A DNA stretch of 64,000 bases from the human T2T-CHM13v2.0 reference genome, Homo sapiens, in NCBI RefSeq assembly GCF_009914755.1, contig NC_060936.1; one strand, given 5' to 3'. Position 1 is the first letter of the stretch; each line of letters begins with the position of its first letter. The notes under the pieces are model-generated. The model searched no databases, was not told the origin of the DNA, and saw only the letters and a list, made by a program, of their open reading frames with translations. Shown in pieces: positions 30,447-45,256 of this stretch. The position numbers were made by a program, and so were the translations under genes.

Positions 30447-31538
30447 CATGTCTGGAAAATAACTGAGAAGGCAAAAATGTTTTAATCTCTTTCTGTCCTT
30501 GAGTATTTGAACAGGTCAAGGCTAGGGCACAATTGTAAACTAACTTTCAGAGCATTGAAGACTTGCCCCAACAAACATCTCTTTTGAGATCCCCTCAAAA
30601 GAGGACAGAAGAAATTGGTTGAAGGCTTTTAAGAAAACATTTGCCCAATCTTACCTGACCTCAAAGCTAGCTATGCAGAGAAATAAATGATTGATTGTAC
30701 TTGGCAAATAATCTAAACTTCGTAAACGTAGTCTAGTGAAGCCATTTAATAAACAAACAGCAACAACAAAACAACAACAAACAGCAAAAACAGTCTCTGG
30801 GCAGGAGGGAGAGCCAATAATTTCCAGCGTCACCATGTTATATAAAATACCAATTTTTCAACAAGAAAATTATGAGATGCAGAAGAAGACAGGAAAATAT
30901 ACATATATGGAGAATAGGTGCACACAGAAAAAAAAAAGAGCAGTTTATAGAAACTGTATTTGAGGAAGCCATGATGTCATACTTGCAAGACAAATATTTT
31001 GTTAGCTACTGTAATATGTTCAAATAAATAAAGGAAACCATGACTAAAGAATTCAAGGAATCTGAGAATGATGTCCCATCAAATAGAAAATGTCAATAAA
31101 GAAACAGGAATTATTAAAAGGAAAAGACCAAATAAAAATTCTTGAGCTGAAAAGTACACTAAATGAAATATAAAATTTACTAGAGGATTTCAGCAGCAGA
31201 TTTGGGCATACAGAAAAAGGAATCAGTGGAATTAAAGATAGATTGAGATTATTCAGTCTGAGGAATACAAAGAAAAAGAATTTGAATAGTTAAATGAAGC
31301 CTCAGAGACATATGGAACATCAACAATCATACCAACATATGCAAAATGGATGTATTATAATTAAAGGAGATAAAAACACCTGTTATGATATCTGAAGGAA
31401 CAATGTCTGGAAGATTCAAAATATGATGAAAAGTATTAAGCTAAATATCCAAGAGGCTCAATAATCTTTTTTTTAATTTATGTAGATTATACTTAAAAAA
31501 ATCCACACCTACATTATAAGCATTATAGGCATACTTTT

Positions 31539-31621
31539 TTTTTTTGTTTGTTTGAGACAGAATCTCACTCCTTCGCCCAGGCTGGAGGGCAGTGGTGCAA
31601 TCTCTGCTCACTGCAAGCTCC
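31539..31621 (-). mobile_element. Severely 5'-truncated Alu (AluY-like 3' end)
   Basis: T tail + GAGACAG...CTCACTGCAAGCTCC; TSD TA(T/C)AGGCATACTTTT at 31524-31538 and 31622-31636. Confidence 0.9.
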
Positions 31622-31873
31622 TACAGGCATACTTTTGAAAGCCAAAGTTAAGGAAACTTGAAGCAGCAAGAGGAAAGTCACTCATCATGTACAAGGGATT
31701 CTCCATAAAATTAATAGCTGACTTGTTATCAGAAATTATGGAAGTCAGAAGGCACTGGGAAATACATATTCAAAGTATAGAAAGAAAATGGTAATCAACC
31801 ATAAAATTTTTAAATTATATAACCTGCAAAAAGGAAAGCATAATTATGACATTTGAAGTTAAATAAAAATGGA

Positions 31874-32178
31874 GGCTGAGCACATTGGCTCTTGCCTGTA
31901 ATCTCAGCCCTTAGGTAGGTCAAGGTGGGTGGATCACTTGATGCCAGGAGTTCAAGACCAGCCTGGCCAACATGACAAAATCCCATCTCTACTAAAAGTA
32001 CATAAACTAGGTAGGCATGGTGGTGTATGCTTATAATCCCAGCCTCTCAGGAGGCGGAGGCATGAAAATCACTTGAACCCAGGAGGCAACGGTTGCAGTG
32101 AGCTGAGATCACACCACTGTACTCCAGCCTGGGCAACACAGTGAGACTCTGTCTCAAAAAAAATAAAAAATAAAAAAC
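31874..32178 (+). mobile_element. Alu (old AluS/AluJ-like)
   Basis: Dimeric body; TSD AAATAAAAATGGA at 31861-31873 and 32179-32191. Confidence 0.95.
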
Positions 32179-35100
32179 AAATAAAAATGGAAAGATTTGT
32201 TGTGAGTAGACTTTTCCTACAATTAACACTAAAGAACTTTAGGCTGAAATAAAAGGAACTTGTATCCACCTGAGGAAATAAAGAGGACTAATAAGTTTAT
32301 TACATAAGTGAATATAAACATAATTGAAATGTATTTTTGTTGTGACATTTTTCTTCTCATGTCTGATATAAAAATAACTACATAAAGCAATAATTATAAA
32401 ATTATATTAATGGGTTATAATGTATGAGATATATTTTACATGCAATATTAGCAAAAAGGAGTGGGCAAAACTGGAACTATTTTGAAGTAAATATTTTAAA
32501 ATATATACTATTGAAATTATGTTGATACTAATATTAACTGGATGATAATTGTAATCCTCAGAGTAACCACTAAGAAAATGACACAAAAAAGCTAGTTTTA
32601 TATATAATATGCTGGAAAATTTAAATGATGTGCTAGAAAATACAAGTTTAACAAATTTAAGGTTGTTAAATAGATTAAGAATAGATTAACAAAAAAGTCA
32701 TAAGATATATAGGAAAAAAGAAATATAGCCGATCTAAATCTTACATTATCAGTAATTACATTAAACGTGAATGGAATAAACAATTAAAAGTCAGAGATTG
32801 ACAACATGGATAAAAAAGAGTATGATGCAAGTAAATGCAGCTTACATGAGGCACACTTTACATTCAAAGACACAAATAGCTTGAAAGTAAAAGAATAGAA
32901 AACAATATACCATGTAGGCCATAAGCAAGAGGGCTAAAGTGGCTTGCTGATATCAGACAAAATAGACATTAAAACAGAAGTTTTACTGGAGACAAAAAAA
33001 AGGTGTTTAACATTGATGGCATTCTAACTCAACAGAAATACATAAAAATAGTAAATGCATGTTGTCTGAACAACAGAGACCTAAAATACATGAAGGAAAA
33101 ACGGACAGAAATGAGGGGAGATCGGTAATTCAAGAGTAATATTTAGAGATTTCAATAACAATATGCCTGTGTCTCTTCTGTTATCATGACTTCTGAATTT
33201 CACCCTTTCAGTTTCTGTTCTCTAAAAAATAAAATTTTGTTACCTTGTATATTTTAAAGTAATTTGTAAACTTTTCAATTTTAACTTAATTGAAATAAAA
33301 TATATTTTTTCAATTTTAAGAATCATGGAGAGTAACTCTTGAGTCACCTTGCATTGAAAGAGATACACAAACTTTTATTATCCTTAATTTTCACCCTATT
33401 ACTTTATGGTTTTTACTTAATTTTTTAATTATTAATCAATGTTTAGTGACAAAAATGATCAAATATCTATGTTATGTGTTTATATGTGTCTTCTGATTAT
33501 TATTTTAGACTCCTAATCCAAATTTTGTAACATCATTTTAAATAATAATGATTTATTTAATTATTAACTTCACAAAGTAGAATTTAAATGAGCTTTATAG
33601 AACAGTACATAAATTCAAGAGATTTTTCATCCAAATTATTTGGTTATAATCAAACCAGGATTCCCGTGATGCCACATCAGAGGCATATAGACTAGGACAT
33701 AGAAGGAATATGGAGGAATATTACTTTCATTATAAAAATATAAATGTGACTTTATCAAATTTATACTCCTTTGTCATTCATGGCTCGCTGCTTAACACCT
33801 AAAATAAAATTGTAATTAAAGGTTAACATATTGGAGCATTGTATCCTGCCATTATCATTCAGGAAAAACAAATAGGTGGAATTTATTTAGCAATAGTTGT
33901 GTGGGTATTTTAAAAATGAGGCTTTGTCTACTTTAGGTCTCAGAATCTTGAGTACATTTGGCAGATATTATCCACCAAGGCGATAAATCTAAATAAATTA
34001 TGCCCAAAGTAATTCTTATGTTAGAATTTTGTAGAAATACATACCTCATTTAGATTAACTCAACCCACATTAATAAAAGTGAACTTTATAAAATGTGTTA
34101 TATAATTACTATATAATTATCTAGTATATCTATATAATTATCTAGTATATTTTTATACTGTACATATGAATAGCAGACAATATTCCTATTTTTTATAAAC
34201 TATCTTAGACAATGTCTTTGTAATAGTTACCTTGACAGATAACATAAACTTTACTCAAGTTGATTACACTAAAACATGGTATAATATAAATACCCTTAAA
34301 CTCTACCATATTATATGCTGTTTAACAACTATGTGGCCTTTGAGAGACTAAACTCTTGTATTCATTGGAAAAAAAACTAAGTGATGTCAGTCAAAAGACT
34401 CAAAATGTAATGGTTTAAGGATTATGGTTTCTTTTCTTTTTCTGCAAAAATTTCAATATTGCATGTCATCTTTCAGATTGAAACTAGTATTTACCATAAG
34501 TGGTACTAGCTAGTGGAAGGGCAAAGAAAGAGTATAGGACATGCATGACTGATAATTATTTTCTGGACCTGTGTCAGTAGCACATATTTTTTCAGAATAT
34601 TCCTAAGTTAGAAATTAGTATTATGGCAACATATAACAGGATCATGGTTGTGGTCTATCTAGACAACCATGTACCTAACCACAATTTTATCACTATAACA
34701 TGAGAAAAAAAAACAGATTTTGTTCAACAGTTATTTAGCATACTTACCAAAATTTTCTACTCATCAATAAACTTATCTGTAAAATAGTTAAATATGCATT
34801 ACCTACTACTAAGATTGTTGGAAGTATTAAATAATATAAAGAATGGAAAAATGTGTTATACATTTCATTATCAGTTCCTCTCTCTGTATTCTGTCTCTCA
34901 TGAGAAACAACTTTTTCCTCATAATATATATTGAATTACAAAAAAAAATTAACTTTGGTTAAAAAAAATTGAAGCAGTGCTTATTGATTTTTAATGTATA
35001 TAACTGTCACCAAAGGAATTTGTTTCATGTGTATATATGCAATGTTATTTCCAAAGATGCTAATTTATTCTTGATGAGGAGGAGCATCTTTACTTTTAGC

Positions 35101-35741
35101 AAGTCTTCCAGGTGATGGTTATGAGGTGTTTTCTAGATTTCTGAATGCAATTAGTATGCAGTTTTAATTCCAACTTTTCATTCATTCCAATGTGTCTATT
35201 TTTAAAGCAAGGGTAATAAAATATTCACATTGGACTAAATTACGGTGTCTCTAGATATTTAGTGTTGCTCATTTTGATTTGGAGTAATGAAAAAGAAAAG
35301 AGGCTTCTTTTATTGTTTCTTTTACAATTAAATCAAAATAGGAAAACCTGCATGTATGGTGTGAATTTATAAGTACAGATTTTTCTAAAATCTGGTAAAT
35401 AAATTTTAATTCCTGATGAATGTAGGATTAATGTGCCAACTGAAATGTTTATAGGCATATAAGATTTCTGTGTTTTGCTTGGGCGGTAAGTTACAGAGGA
35501 AATAATCTTGTTTCTGTTCCCAGCATCTTTAAATAAGTGGCATCTGTCTAAAACTACCTTTAAGTACATCTGTGAGTGGTGAAGATGCTACCGTCTATGC
35601 AGTCTGAAGAGTGTACGTTACACAACAAAATATTCTCTATCTTAATTTGTCTTGCAGATTATACAATAATGATTTGTTTATAAGCATCAGATCTTTTTGT
35701 TTTTATTTCCAGCAGAGTGGAGCTGCTTCAAATGTTATCTA

Positions 35742-36411
<670 letters not shown>

Positions 36412-36762
36412 GAATGTACCTACTTTTAATATTGCCCCATAAATCACAGCCTATCTTTCAACTTACAATAGAGGTAGAATGATCTCCTCAAAGTCTTAGG
36501 TATAAACTAGCTTTTTCATGCTACAAATTAATAGATGTTAATCTTTTCTGGCTCAGGGGCCCCTATAAAAATGCAATATACATATACACACAACATTGGT
36601 ATACAATTTAAAGATGATTATATTTCTTTACCCAGGTTTATGTTTTTACCACACTTGCCTGGATAAGGGCCCCAAAGACAGCTTTGGTGTCTAAAAACTG
36701 GGAATGGATTTGCTTATCTCTATTCTTCTCTGAGAGTTTTTTTCTTTTTTTTTTTTTAAGCA

Positions 36763-36879
36763 TAATATAATTGGATATTTGTCCTTGCCCAAGTCTCACA
36801 TTGAAATGTAATCCCTAATGTTGGAGGTGGGGCCTGGTGGTAGGTAATTGGACCATGGGAGTGGGTTTCTCATGAATGG
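36763..36879 (+). mobile_element. MST-family MaLR LTR 5' fragment
   Basis: TTGGATATTTGTCC...TTGAAATGTAATCCCTAATGTTGGAGGTGGGGCCTGGTGG...CTCATGAATGG. Confidence 0.85.
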
Positions 36880-37241
36880 TGATATGGTTAGGATTTGTGT
36901 CCCCACCCAAATCTCATCTTGAATTACAATCCCCGCAATACCTATGTGTTAAGGGAGAGACCAGGTGGAGGTAATTGGATCAGGGGGCTGGTTTCCCCCA
37001 TGCTCTTCTCATGATGTGAGTTCTCATGAGATCTAATGGTTTTATAAGGGGCTCCTCCCCCTTCACTCTCCTTCCTGCTTCCTTGGGAAGAGGGTGCCTT
37101 GCTTCCCCTTCGCCTTCCCCCATGATTGTAAGTTTTCCTAGTCCTCCCCAGCCAGGCTGAACTGTGAGTCAATTAAACCTCCTTCCTTTATAAATTACTC
37201 AGTCTAGGGCAGTTATTTATAGCAGTATGAAAATGAACTAA
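36880..37241 (+). mobile_element. THE1D-like MaLR solo LTR nested in the MST LTR
   Basis: TGATATGGTTAGG.TTTGTGTCCCCACCCAAATCTC...TATAGCAGTATGAAAATGAACTAA; approximate TSD AATGG/GATGG. Confidence 0.92.
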
Positions 37242-37254
37242 GGATGGCTTAAAA

Positions 37255-37860
37255 TGTTTTCTTCTTGCTGATTTGAGTTCCTTATAGATTCTGGATATTA
37301 GTCCTTTGTCACATGTATAGTTTGCAAATATTTTCTCCCATTCTACGGGCTGTCTATTTACTCTGCTGATAATTTCTTTTGCTGTGCAGATGCTTTTTAG
37401 TTTAATTAGGTCCCATCTATTTATTTTTGTTTTTATTGTATTTGCTTTTGGGTTGTTGGTCATAAACTCTTTGCATAAGCCAACTTCTAGAAAAGTTTCA
37501 CTGATGTTATCTAGCATTTTTATGGTCAGGTTTTAGATTTAAGTATTTGATCCATCTTGAGTTGATTTTTGTATAAGATGAGAGATGAAGATTGAGCTTC
37601 ATTCTTCTATGTGTGGCTTGCCTACTATCCCAGCACCATTAATTGAATAGAGTGTTCTTTACTCACTTTATGTTTTTGTTTGCTTTGTTGAAGATCAATT
37701 AGCTGTAAGTATTTGGCTTTATTTCTGGATCCTCTATTCTGTTTTCTTGATCTTTATGCCTGTTTTTATAGCAGTATCATGCTGTTTTGGTAAACATAGC
37801 CATTTAGTATAGTTTGAAGTCATGTAATGTGATGCCTTCAGATTTGTCCTTTTTGCTTAT
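37255..37860 (-). mobile_element. L1PB-like ORF2 fragment
   Basis: ORF 37188-37517 ([27 protein letters not shown]). Confidence 0.9.
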
Positions 37861-38561
37861 ATCCAAGGAAATAGAGGGACATGAATATTCAGAAATCTAT
37901 GAAGCAGGCAGATGGCACTGGGAAGAAATTCTTAATAGGCAGGGTTCTGTTAGTCCAATGTAATGTTGGATATCTTTTGATAAGAATGTGTGGAGGAAGA
38001 ATGGAAAGGAAAATATGTGGGAACTGAGCTTCAAGAAAAGGAAGAATTTTATCATTTGATCCCTAAATAATCAAACTGAAGAAAGACAAGCAAAATGAAT
38101 GATAAAGATATGCTGTGAATCCAAAGAAACAATTTGTATTTTAATATTTGGCCCTGATACCAAAGTTTAGGTGCCAGAAATTCAATGTACTTTCCTCTGT
38201 TGGTCAAAGTTCAGTGTTCCTCAAACTTAGACATTTGGAGGCTGGAGTTCATGAGTTGAAACACAGGAACATAATGATAATTAAAATATTCTGAATTTTG
38301 CATATAGGTCAATACTAGACTTTTCTAAGATGCTTTTAATTCAATTCCAAGTCCTTTATTTTAATCAACAATTTGAAACCCATTGATAATTTTAAAATAT
38401 GCTAATTCATTTTAATTACTTATGTCATTATCTACAGTTTAAGATATCTAATAATTATATGACATTTTGCATCTTAAAAATTACATTTAAGTACACATTT
38501 TAAATTGTTTTATACTTTGCTGGAGACATGAAATCTTAATGTTACAATAACAATAAATTAA

Positions 38562-38688
38562 CCCATTTATGCCAGAGGTTGCAAATTTTTTGTGGAAAAT
38601 CAGACCTTGGTGATGACCTTGAGCAGTAGGATATAAATAACTCCCACAAGCTTAGTGTTCCAATAATGGGACACTAGGCATAAATGGG
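38562..38688 (-). mobile_element. MER85 piggyBac (PGBD3-derived) MITE
   Basis: TIRs CCCATTTATGCC / GGCATAAATGGG, TTAA target site at 38558-38561 (TTTAA on the right), internal quasi-palindrome GTTCCAATAATGGGAC at 38657-38672. Confidence 0.93.
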
Positions 38689-41600
38689 TTTAAAATAAAA
38701 TTATAAACAAAATAGTTCTATTTCTTGGCTTATTTATCACTATTTAGAGTTTACTATTCATTTCTTATATTCTAGTACAATTGAAAAAATATGTAGAGGA
38801 AAAGCTGATTAAGTCTAACCTTGATAACTCAGAATTTGTACAAAATTTGAAGTATAGTTAATGTATGTGATACCTAAATATAGAGTGTTATCAAATTTTG
38901 TGGGGACGGTGGTGGGGTTAGAATAGCTTACAAAAGTTCAATTTTCTAGGTTTCAGTTTTCTTATCTGTGGAAGAAGGAATTTTGACTAGCTTCAATTGT
39001 TCTCGGCTTGGAAGAGGTCTATTTCATAGGGCATTTAGACAAGAAAAGGGCAAATTTTGTTTGTTCTTGTTTTCTCTGTGACTCTGGGACACTATTGACA
39101 GTTAACAAGATAACTAGTGTGACTATTTGTAAGATTCAAGATGGTTCCTCCCAATGAATGATTTCATATTGGCTGTCAATTCTTTGAGCTGTATGACACC
39201 TTAGTTTCATAAAGCATAAAACAGATAATATAATAAAGGCCTAGCTAAAATGCTAAGACCACTATATTAAGAACCACAGAACTTGAGTGTTTTTGATGTG
39301 CTTTATAGTTGCATTATTCATGGGTATGGGAATACAGTGCTTTATAGCTATTTAATTTTTAAAATATGATTGTTTTGCTTTTATCTATATTTCCTAATAG
39401 TCTCTGCTCAGCAAAGTTTCTATCATTATATGTTATCTATACTTTAAAAATATTTTGTATATTTTCCAGTGTTTTGCAATCAGTGACTAATAGATATAAG
39501 AGTTTTTGAATAAGAGTTATTGAATAAAAACTGACCAGTGTTCTAATTATTTACCATATGTTCTTTTTAGAGTAAAATAATATTTTAGTCTAAAAATTAA
39601 TTTTCCCCTATTCCATAACCTTTCTCAAAACTAGATTATATATTTTTAAGGAACTTATGTTAGCCCAAATTTTCTGTTGCTTTTGGATACACTAGCTATT
39701 TCTTCTTCCTTTCATTTTTATCATTTCTGAGATTAATAAAAAGTATTATTCTAACATATCAACCTTCCTGATAGTGAATACTGAATTTAAGTTTAAAAGT
39801 GATTTAGAACTTGAATCTTTATTTCACCTGCTTATAACTTTATGAAAAAATATTTTTTGAGCTGAAATTTTCTTTTCTTCTCAGCCTAAAGGTTAATATT
39901 TTGAAAAGTTTAGACAAAATCAATTTAGTAACTATTTTTTTCTCTGTACTTAGGTGAAAGTGAAAGTAAATTTTCCCACTCAGACAAAAATCCCCCCAGC
40001 ATTTATTTGCACTCATATTGCTCAAGAGCAACTAATGATATGAACCTGAAAGTTGGTAGTACTGGAGCCCTCATTGTGGAAGAAAAAAAATAGATAAATA
40101 TGTAAATTGTTTTGAAGTTTTTTGAAAGTTATAATGGTTTATATGTGAAAGTTTATGGAATGTATTATGGATTTTTGTTCAATTTCTTCAGTCATAAGCA
40201 CTGCATTAATAGATGAATATAAAATCTAAATTAAAAAATCTCAATTCTAATTTTCACCTTTGCTGTCAATATCTTGTAGCTTTGCATTCTCAGTCTCAAT
40301 TTCACAAAATAGGGGAGAAAATAGTAGTAATCAGTTGGTATCCTTCACTGTTGTGAAATGTGATAATTTTCTGATATGTATATAAACTTTACTGAGATTC
40401 AGTTAAAAGTTGTGTGTCAAATGCATTAAGGAAATCAACTGGAATTGCAGAAGGAGATTACTTTCAATTCCCATGCCTTATTCCATGCACTCTGCATGGT
40501 CCCCTAGGAATAAAACCTTCAATTCACTCTGTTATCTCATGTATTTGCTTACAATGCTTTCTGAGTCTGATCTATTTTGAGTTCTCCTTGGCATAATTTA
40601 CTTGCAAATAACTAGTATTAGAAAAAGGACCAGTAAAGGGAAGGAGTTTGAGTTTGCTACTGAAATGTTTTATCTTTCCTTAGCAGCAAAAAATACAAAG
40701 TCAAGCCCTTTCAAAAATACCTACTTGGTGGCCCAATGCTAGAAGTTAGCCTTTATGTGACTCTACAGCATCTTCTGAGCTTACCTATTTTCCAATTTAA
40801 CTATTAATATAGTTAATTCAGTATCAATGATATAGTAAATAAAAAATTGTGGGTAAATTGTTCTCTACCATCTTATTTATCCAATAGAGTCATTTACATT
40901 TCATAAATTTGAGAGTAGTCCCTCTGTGTTGGCTCTTAACACACATTAAGGTTTTCAATCAAATGACTGCACACTGACACCAGTGAAATGCCATCTCTAC
41001 TACTTGTTCTTTGATAGCAGCAAAATTCACTACACTGAGTTCTAAAATAGCCTCCTGAAGTGCATTTAATCTACTTTCAACATTATTCTCACTGACCCAT
41101 ATGTTTGGCAACCAAAACCAATTACAAGCCTTATTAAAGTTTGATACAATAGAAATGTTATTTTACTGCCACCTTATTTTGTGCCCGTGCTACTTTAGAT
41201 TTACATTTATTCACTATGGGCCATATGATGCCCTATCATGGGGAAAAATGAAAGAGGAAGAAAGTTCACTGAAATCTACTTGAGAAAAACAAGAATGCAA
41301 TTTGCCACCCAGCATGCCCTCCGATATGCACAAACAAGAACTTGTCATAACCATCTGTAGTTCTGTTTACAAGAAGAGGCACACAGGCCAGAAACCAGAG
41401 GAAGTCTGTCTGAATTAATAAATGTGTGGAAGAGGAGTTTGTAAGAAATACATGTTTAGCAGCTATGGGCAAGTCTGTTTTTCAATGCAAAACTTCGAAT
41501 CAACAAAAAGTTCACTGTCGGCCCAAGTTTCTTTTCATGTTTGATTTTTCAGAAACTTGCCACAGCATCCGAAAAGATGTTCTGGCAGCAGAAGAGGTTA

Positions 41601-42109
41601 TTAAATGAGGGTACATTTTATTCACTAATATGTCATGTTTTTTGACAATTTGGTATGTTAATGCTTTAATAATGATAATAATGACAATATTAATTAGACA
41701 TTTACTGTGTGAAAGAAATGGTGTTGATTCCCATATTTACATTTTAATACTCAAAGTATACATGCAATATACTTCCATTTTGTAGATAAAGATACAAGGT
41801 ACTTACCTCAAAGTTACATAGATGGGACACAGAAGCAAAACCGCTGCTTCAATCTAGGCAAACTATTATACCTCCTGCTAGTTTAGCAATAAATCACAGG
41901 AGAATGAAAACTCTATGTTAAGAGTTCATTAAGAACTAACTGTACCCTGTTACTCAGATGTTTATTGAGTGATAGGCATTGGGTATTTGTAGCTTATGGG
42001 ATACTGATTATGCCAGGGCATAACATGTGTCTCTTAAAAGAAAATGATCTTAAGACATAGATGCCAAATCTAGTACTGTCTGTATACAAAATGCATTGAT
42101 ATTTTACTT

Positions 42110-42630
42110 AATTTTCTAGAAAACTAAATTTCAAAATCTCTATGATGATCTGCAATAACCTACATAACCTTCCTGTATCCCTGACTTTATCTCTCACTCT
42201 TCTACCTTTTCCTCACTCCTTTACAGTTGCACTATCTGGGGTCATGCCCTCTTTAGGAAGCCAGATGCACTGGCTGTTTGTCTAACTGGAATTCTCTTGC
42301 TGCACATATTTGCATGACTCTCTTTCAACTACTTTTAGATTTTGCTCAAATGTCATCTCCTCTTTGAGGCCTACTCTGGCCAACCTATACAAAAATACAA
42401 TTATCTCCCATAATACTTATTTACTTGCTATGTTTTATTTTATTTGTTAGTATCCATCACAACCTAATGAAATGTATATTTCTTATATATTCACTTGTTT
42501 ACTGTCTGACTGTCTCACTGGCATGTAATCTCTATGAGGGCAAAGTATTTTGTTTGTGTCCCTAGTTATATAATAGTGCCTGACACATACTAGATGTTTA
42601 ATACATACTTGTTGAATGAATGCATGAATA
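42110..42630 (+). mobile_element. L2 (L2a-like) 3' end
   Basis: GCTCAAATGTCATCTCCTC...TGTAATCTCTATGAGGGCA...AGTGCCTGACACATA...TTGTTGAATGAATG tail. Confidence 0.85.
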
Positions 42631-44339
42631 TGTATAAGCAGGGCATATCTGTCATTCTTATTCACACAATAGTCTGTGAGAAGGCTCTTCCTACTCTTTT
42701 ATCCCAGCTCTCTTCTGGCTAGAAAGTGTCTCTCACTCATATATCTGGTGCTAGATATTCCAGCGACTGCCCACATGTCTGGAGCTCTCCCTTCTGTGTT
42801 ATGTTAAAGATCCCCTCTGATCTTGTGGGGAGCGGCAAGTGGTTCTTATCAAATCCAGCTGTAAATTAACCCTTCACCTCTATCAAAAGTCTACTCTGTC
42901 ATCTAGGATATTTTCATCCCAGAAAATTATTTATCTCAGACTCTCCTTTTTTCCACCTATCTTCAGTTTTTCTATACCATACTCTAATAAAACTATATCC
43001 TAAAATGACCTCTTTCTGAAGCATTTGCATATATACAGAGCCTCACTTTTGGGACATTATAGGTGTTATAAACAATAAACAGGTCCTTTTCTAAGGTACA
43101 TTCCTTTCTGGTTAGTTTCTTCTGCCGTAATCTGAGCTAATTTTCTCGTTGAATCCTTCCCCATTTAGTCATGTTGTCAAAGCTTCCAAAGCATAAATGC
43201 ATCTTATTAATATATATAGTACAATTGTGCTTTGATCAGTTGACCACAGAAATCATGCTCTACACAAATCTTCATCCCCAAACTTGTACCTGAACATGTC
43301 CTAGAGCAAGTACTAGCTTTATTTTAAATATCAACTAAAAATCTTATAGATTTTGGTGTAATTTTTCAAGAGGAAAACATCATTAGTAAAATATTTTTCT
43401 GGTGTCTGAGATTCATATTTTTATGGCTTCCAATTGTGGCCATAATAGATTTTATGTTAATCTGAAGTGTTAAAAGTATCTGTGCTTGTAACAGGGTTTC
43501 TTTTAAGTGCTTTGAAATAAATTAAATCTGAAGCACTTTCAAAAACTACATAAAAGAAAGCAGAGCATTTTGTTTATGCTTGATTGGTTTACACAAATAC
43601 AAAGAAACCTCACAGGATACCCCCCAACCGTATTCACCATTTTCTCACATTCTGTTAACATAAAAACCCTTTCAAAAATAGCTCATGGAAGTTGCATTTT
43701 TATTATTTACATACAAAACGTTCTTTGTTTTTCTTAGTGCTGTTTTAAATATAATAATGACATGGATTAGCAAATCCTAACAACTTGTAAGGCTGCCAAA
43801 AGGACATCTAAACTGAAAAAAAATACAACTCATATCCTCAATGACAGTCATTAAGGACACTTTAAAAATATTTGTGGTATGCCTCAGAATCCATTCTCAA
43901 ACTCTATACAACATTTTTTAAATTAAATGATACAATTCTTTCCCAATTGAAAGTTCTTTAATTACACAGTAGCTAAAAATTTTTTTAGCAACTACATATA
44001 AGTAGCATTAATTAATGCTAGCTATGAAAATTACTCACAATTTCTCTTAGCCCTTGACTGAGGCCCTAAAGTCACCAACAGCTTTGTATTGTGAGCTACT
44101 GCCATGAGCTGTACCACTTTTTTCTGAGGTGAATTATTCTAATGATGCTTTTCTTCTGGAACTCTTTAGGAAGACTTTCCTCACGGATCCTACTCTTTCA
44201 GTACAGATGCATCTATTTTTTTCATCTACCATTTCTTCTCACACACACCACAAGTGTTACCAACAAAGGCCTACTTATTTGTTCTCAGCTAGTTTTGCAA
44301 CCCTTTAGGCAAAAATTTCACAGTATATGAAGATTTTAG

Positions 44340-44505
44340 AAGACAAACCTTTGTTTGAATGTTGGCCTTGATAAATTATTTTGAGCAAATAGCTTAACAT
44401 AAACTTTTGATTTTTTCATCACCAGAAGTTTATAATGAGCAATGCGTAAATATAACATATTATCATGGGCATATAGGAAGAATTTGATAAATGCTATCAC
44501 TTATT
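44340..44505 (+). mobile_element. MIR fragment
   Basis: AGACAAACCTTTGTTTGAAT...TTGAGCAAATAGCTTAAC core-like sequence; other weak MIR pieces near 34750, 38950, 40270, 41750, 52570, 53530 and 59090. Confidence 0.5.
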
Positions 44506-44689
44506 TTTAAGCTATAAATTAGTTATGATCTTATTTACAAGTTACACTCATTGTCACTGGTAATGGTTAAGTCACAAATTATCATGAAGTATTTATCAGG
44601 TGAATTATTACATTAGCTTTATAATTGAATATTGTTTGTCATTGGGATAATATTCATTGACAATGATGTCATGCTTAGAGTAACCTCTA

Positions 44690-45152
44690 AAACAGTACTA
44701 TCTGAAATCGATTTGCCACAGAAAAAAGACTCTAGGGATGAGATTTTTGTGCACTTCAATTATTGGAAAATTCTCTCTGGAAGAGTACCTCTAATGGAGC
44801 CAGTTGCACTAGCACGGAGATAAGGTAAGCTGTGATGAAATTGCAAGATGTGGATTCAACAGAAGCCTTTGTCAATCCTAAAATGTGATCTGCAGCAAGA
44901 ATGGACCTTTAGTTCTGTTCTCATTGAGACAAAGAGACCAGGCCTTTGTACCTTAATATGGACTAGTAGGTTAAAGGTGCTCTCAGGGAGGAGCTGTAGC
45001 ACTGGACAAGGCAAAACACTTCAGTTCAAGCCAACTCCTCGAGAGAGACATAGCTGTGAGCTGTCAGTAGCCAGCAACATCTGGTAGCTGGAGGAATGAG
45101 TGCCTGGGCTATAAACAGAGGATTTGGGTGCTATACCAGAGCAGGCACTGCA
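44690..45152 (-). mobile_element. Old ERVL LTR (LTR33/LTR16-like)
   Basis: GAGCTGTCAGTAGCCAGCAACATCTGGTAGCTGGAGGAATGAGTGCC and GACTCTAGGGATGAGATTTTTGTGC motifs. Confidence 0.55.
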
Positions 45153-45256
45153 CCGCCAAACTGATACATTTCACAGATCAGTATTTTTTCTTTAATTATG
45201 AGACATTAGTTTGCAAACATTTTATTGGACCAAATAAAAATGTTAAAAGACACACA

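Larger units (their letters stand above)
29445..33160 (+). mobile_element. Old L1M 5' UTR, ORF1 and start of ORF2, with nested THE1 and Alus
   Basis: L1M 5' motifs (CAAAAATTGTCAGTATAAACTCTTTCACAACT), ORF1-like 30950-32270, ORF2 start ATTACATTAAACGTGAATGG at ~32755. Confidence 0.75.

Noticed and set aside
34100-34150. Short tandem duplications here and at ~17543, ~54651, ~61360 and ~63564
   Set aside because: Ordinary slippage duplications; no spacer-repeat architecture, so not CRISPR-like.
41553-41610. Plus-strand acceptor followed by KLATASEKMFWQQKRLLNE frame (similar case at 27849)
   Set aside because: No good donor and no recognisable protein; cannot be supported without expression data.
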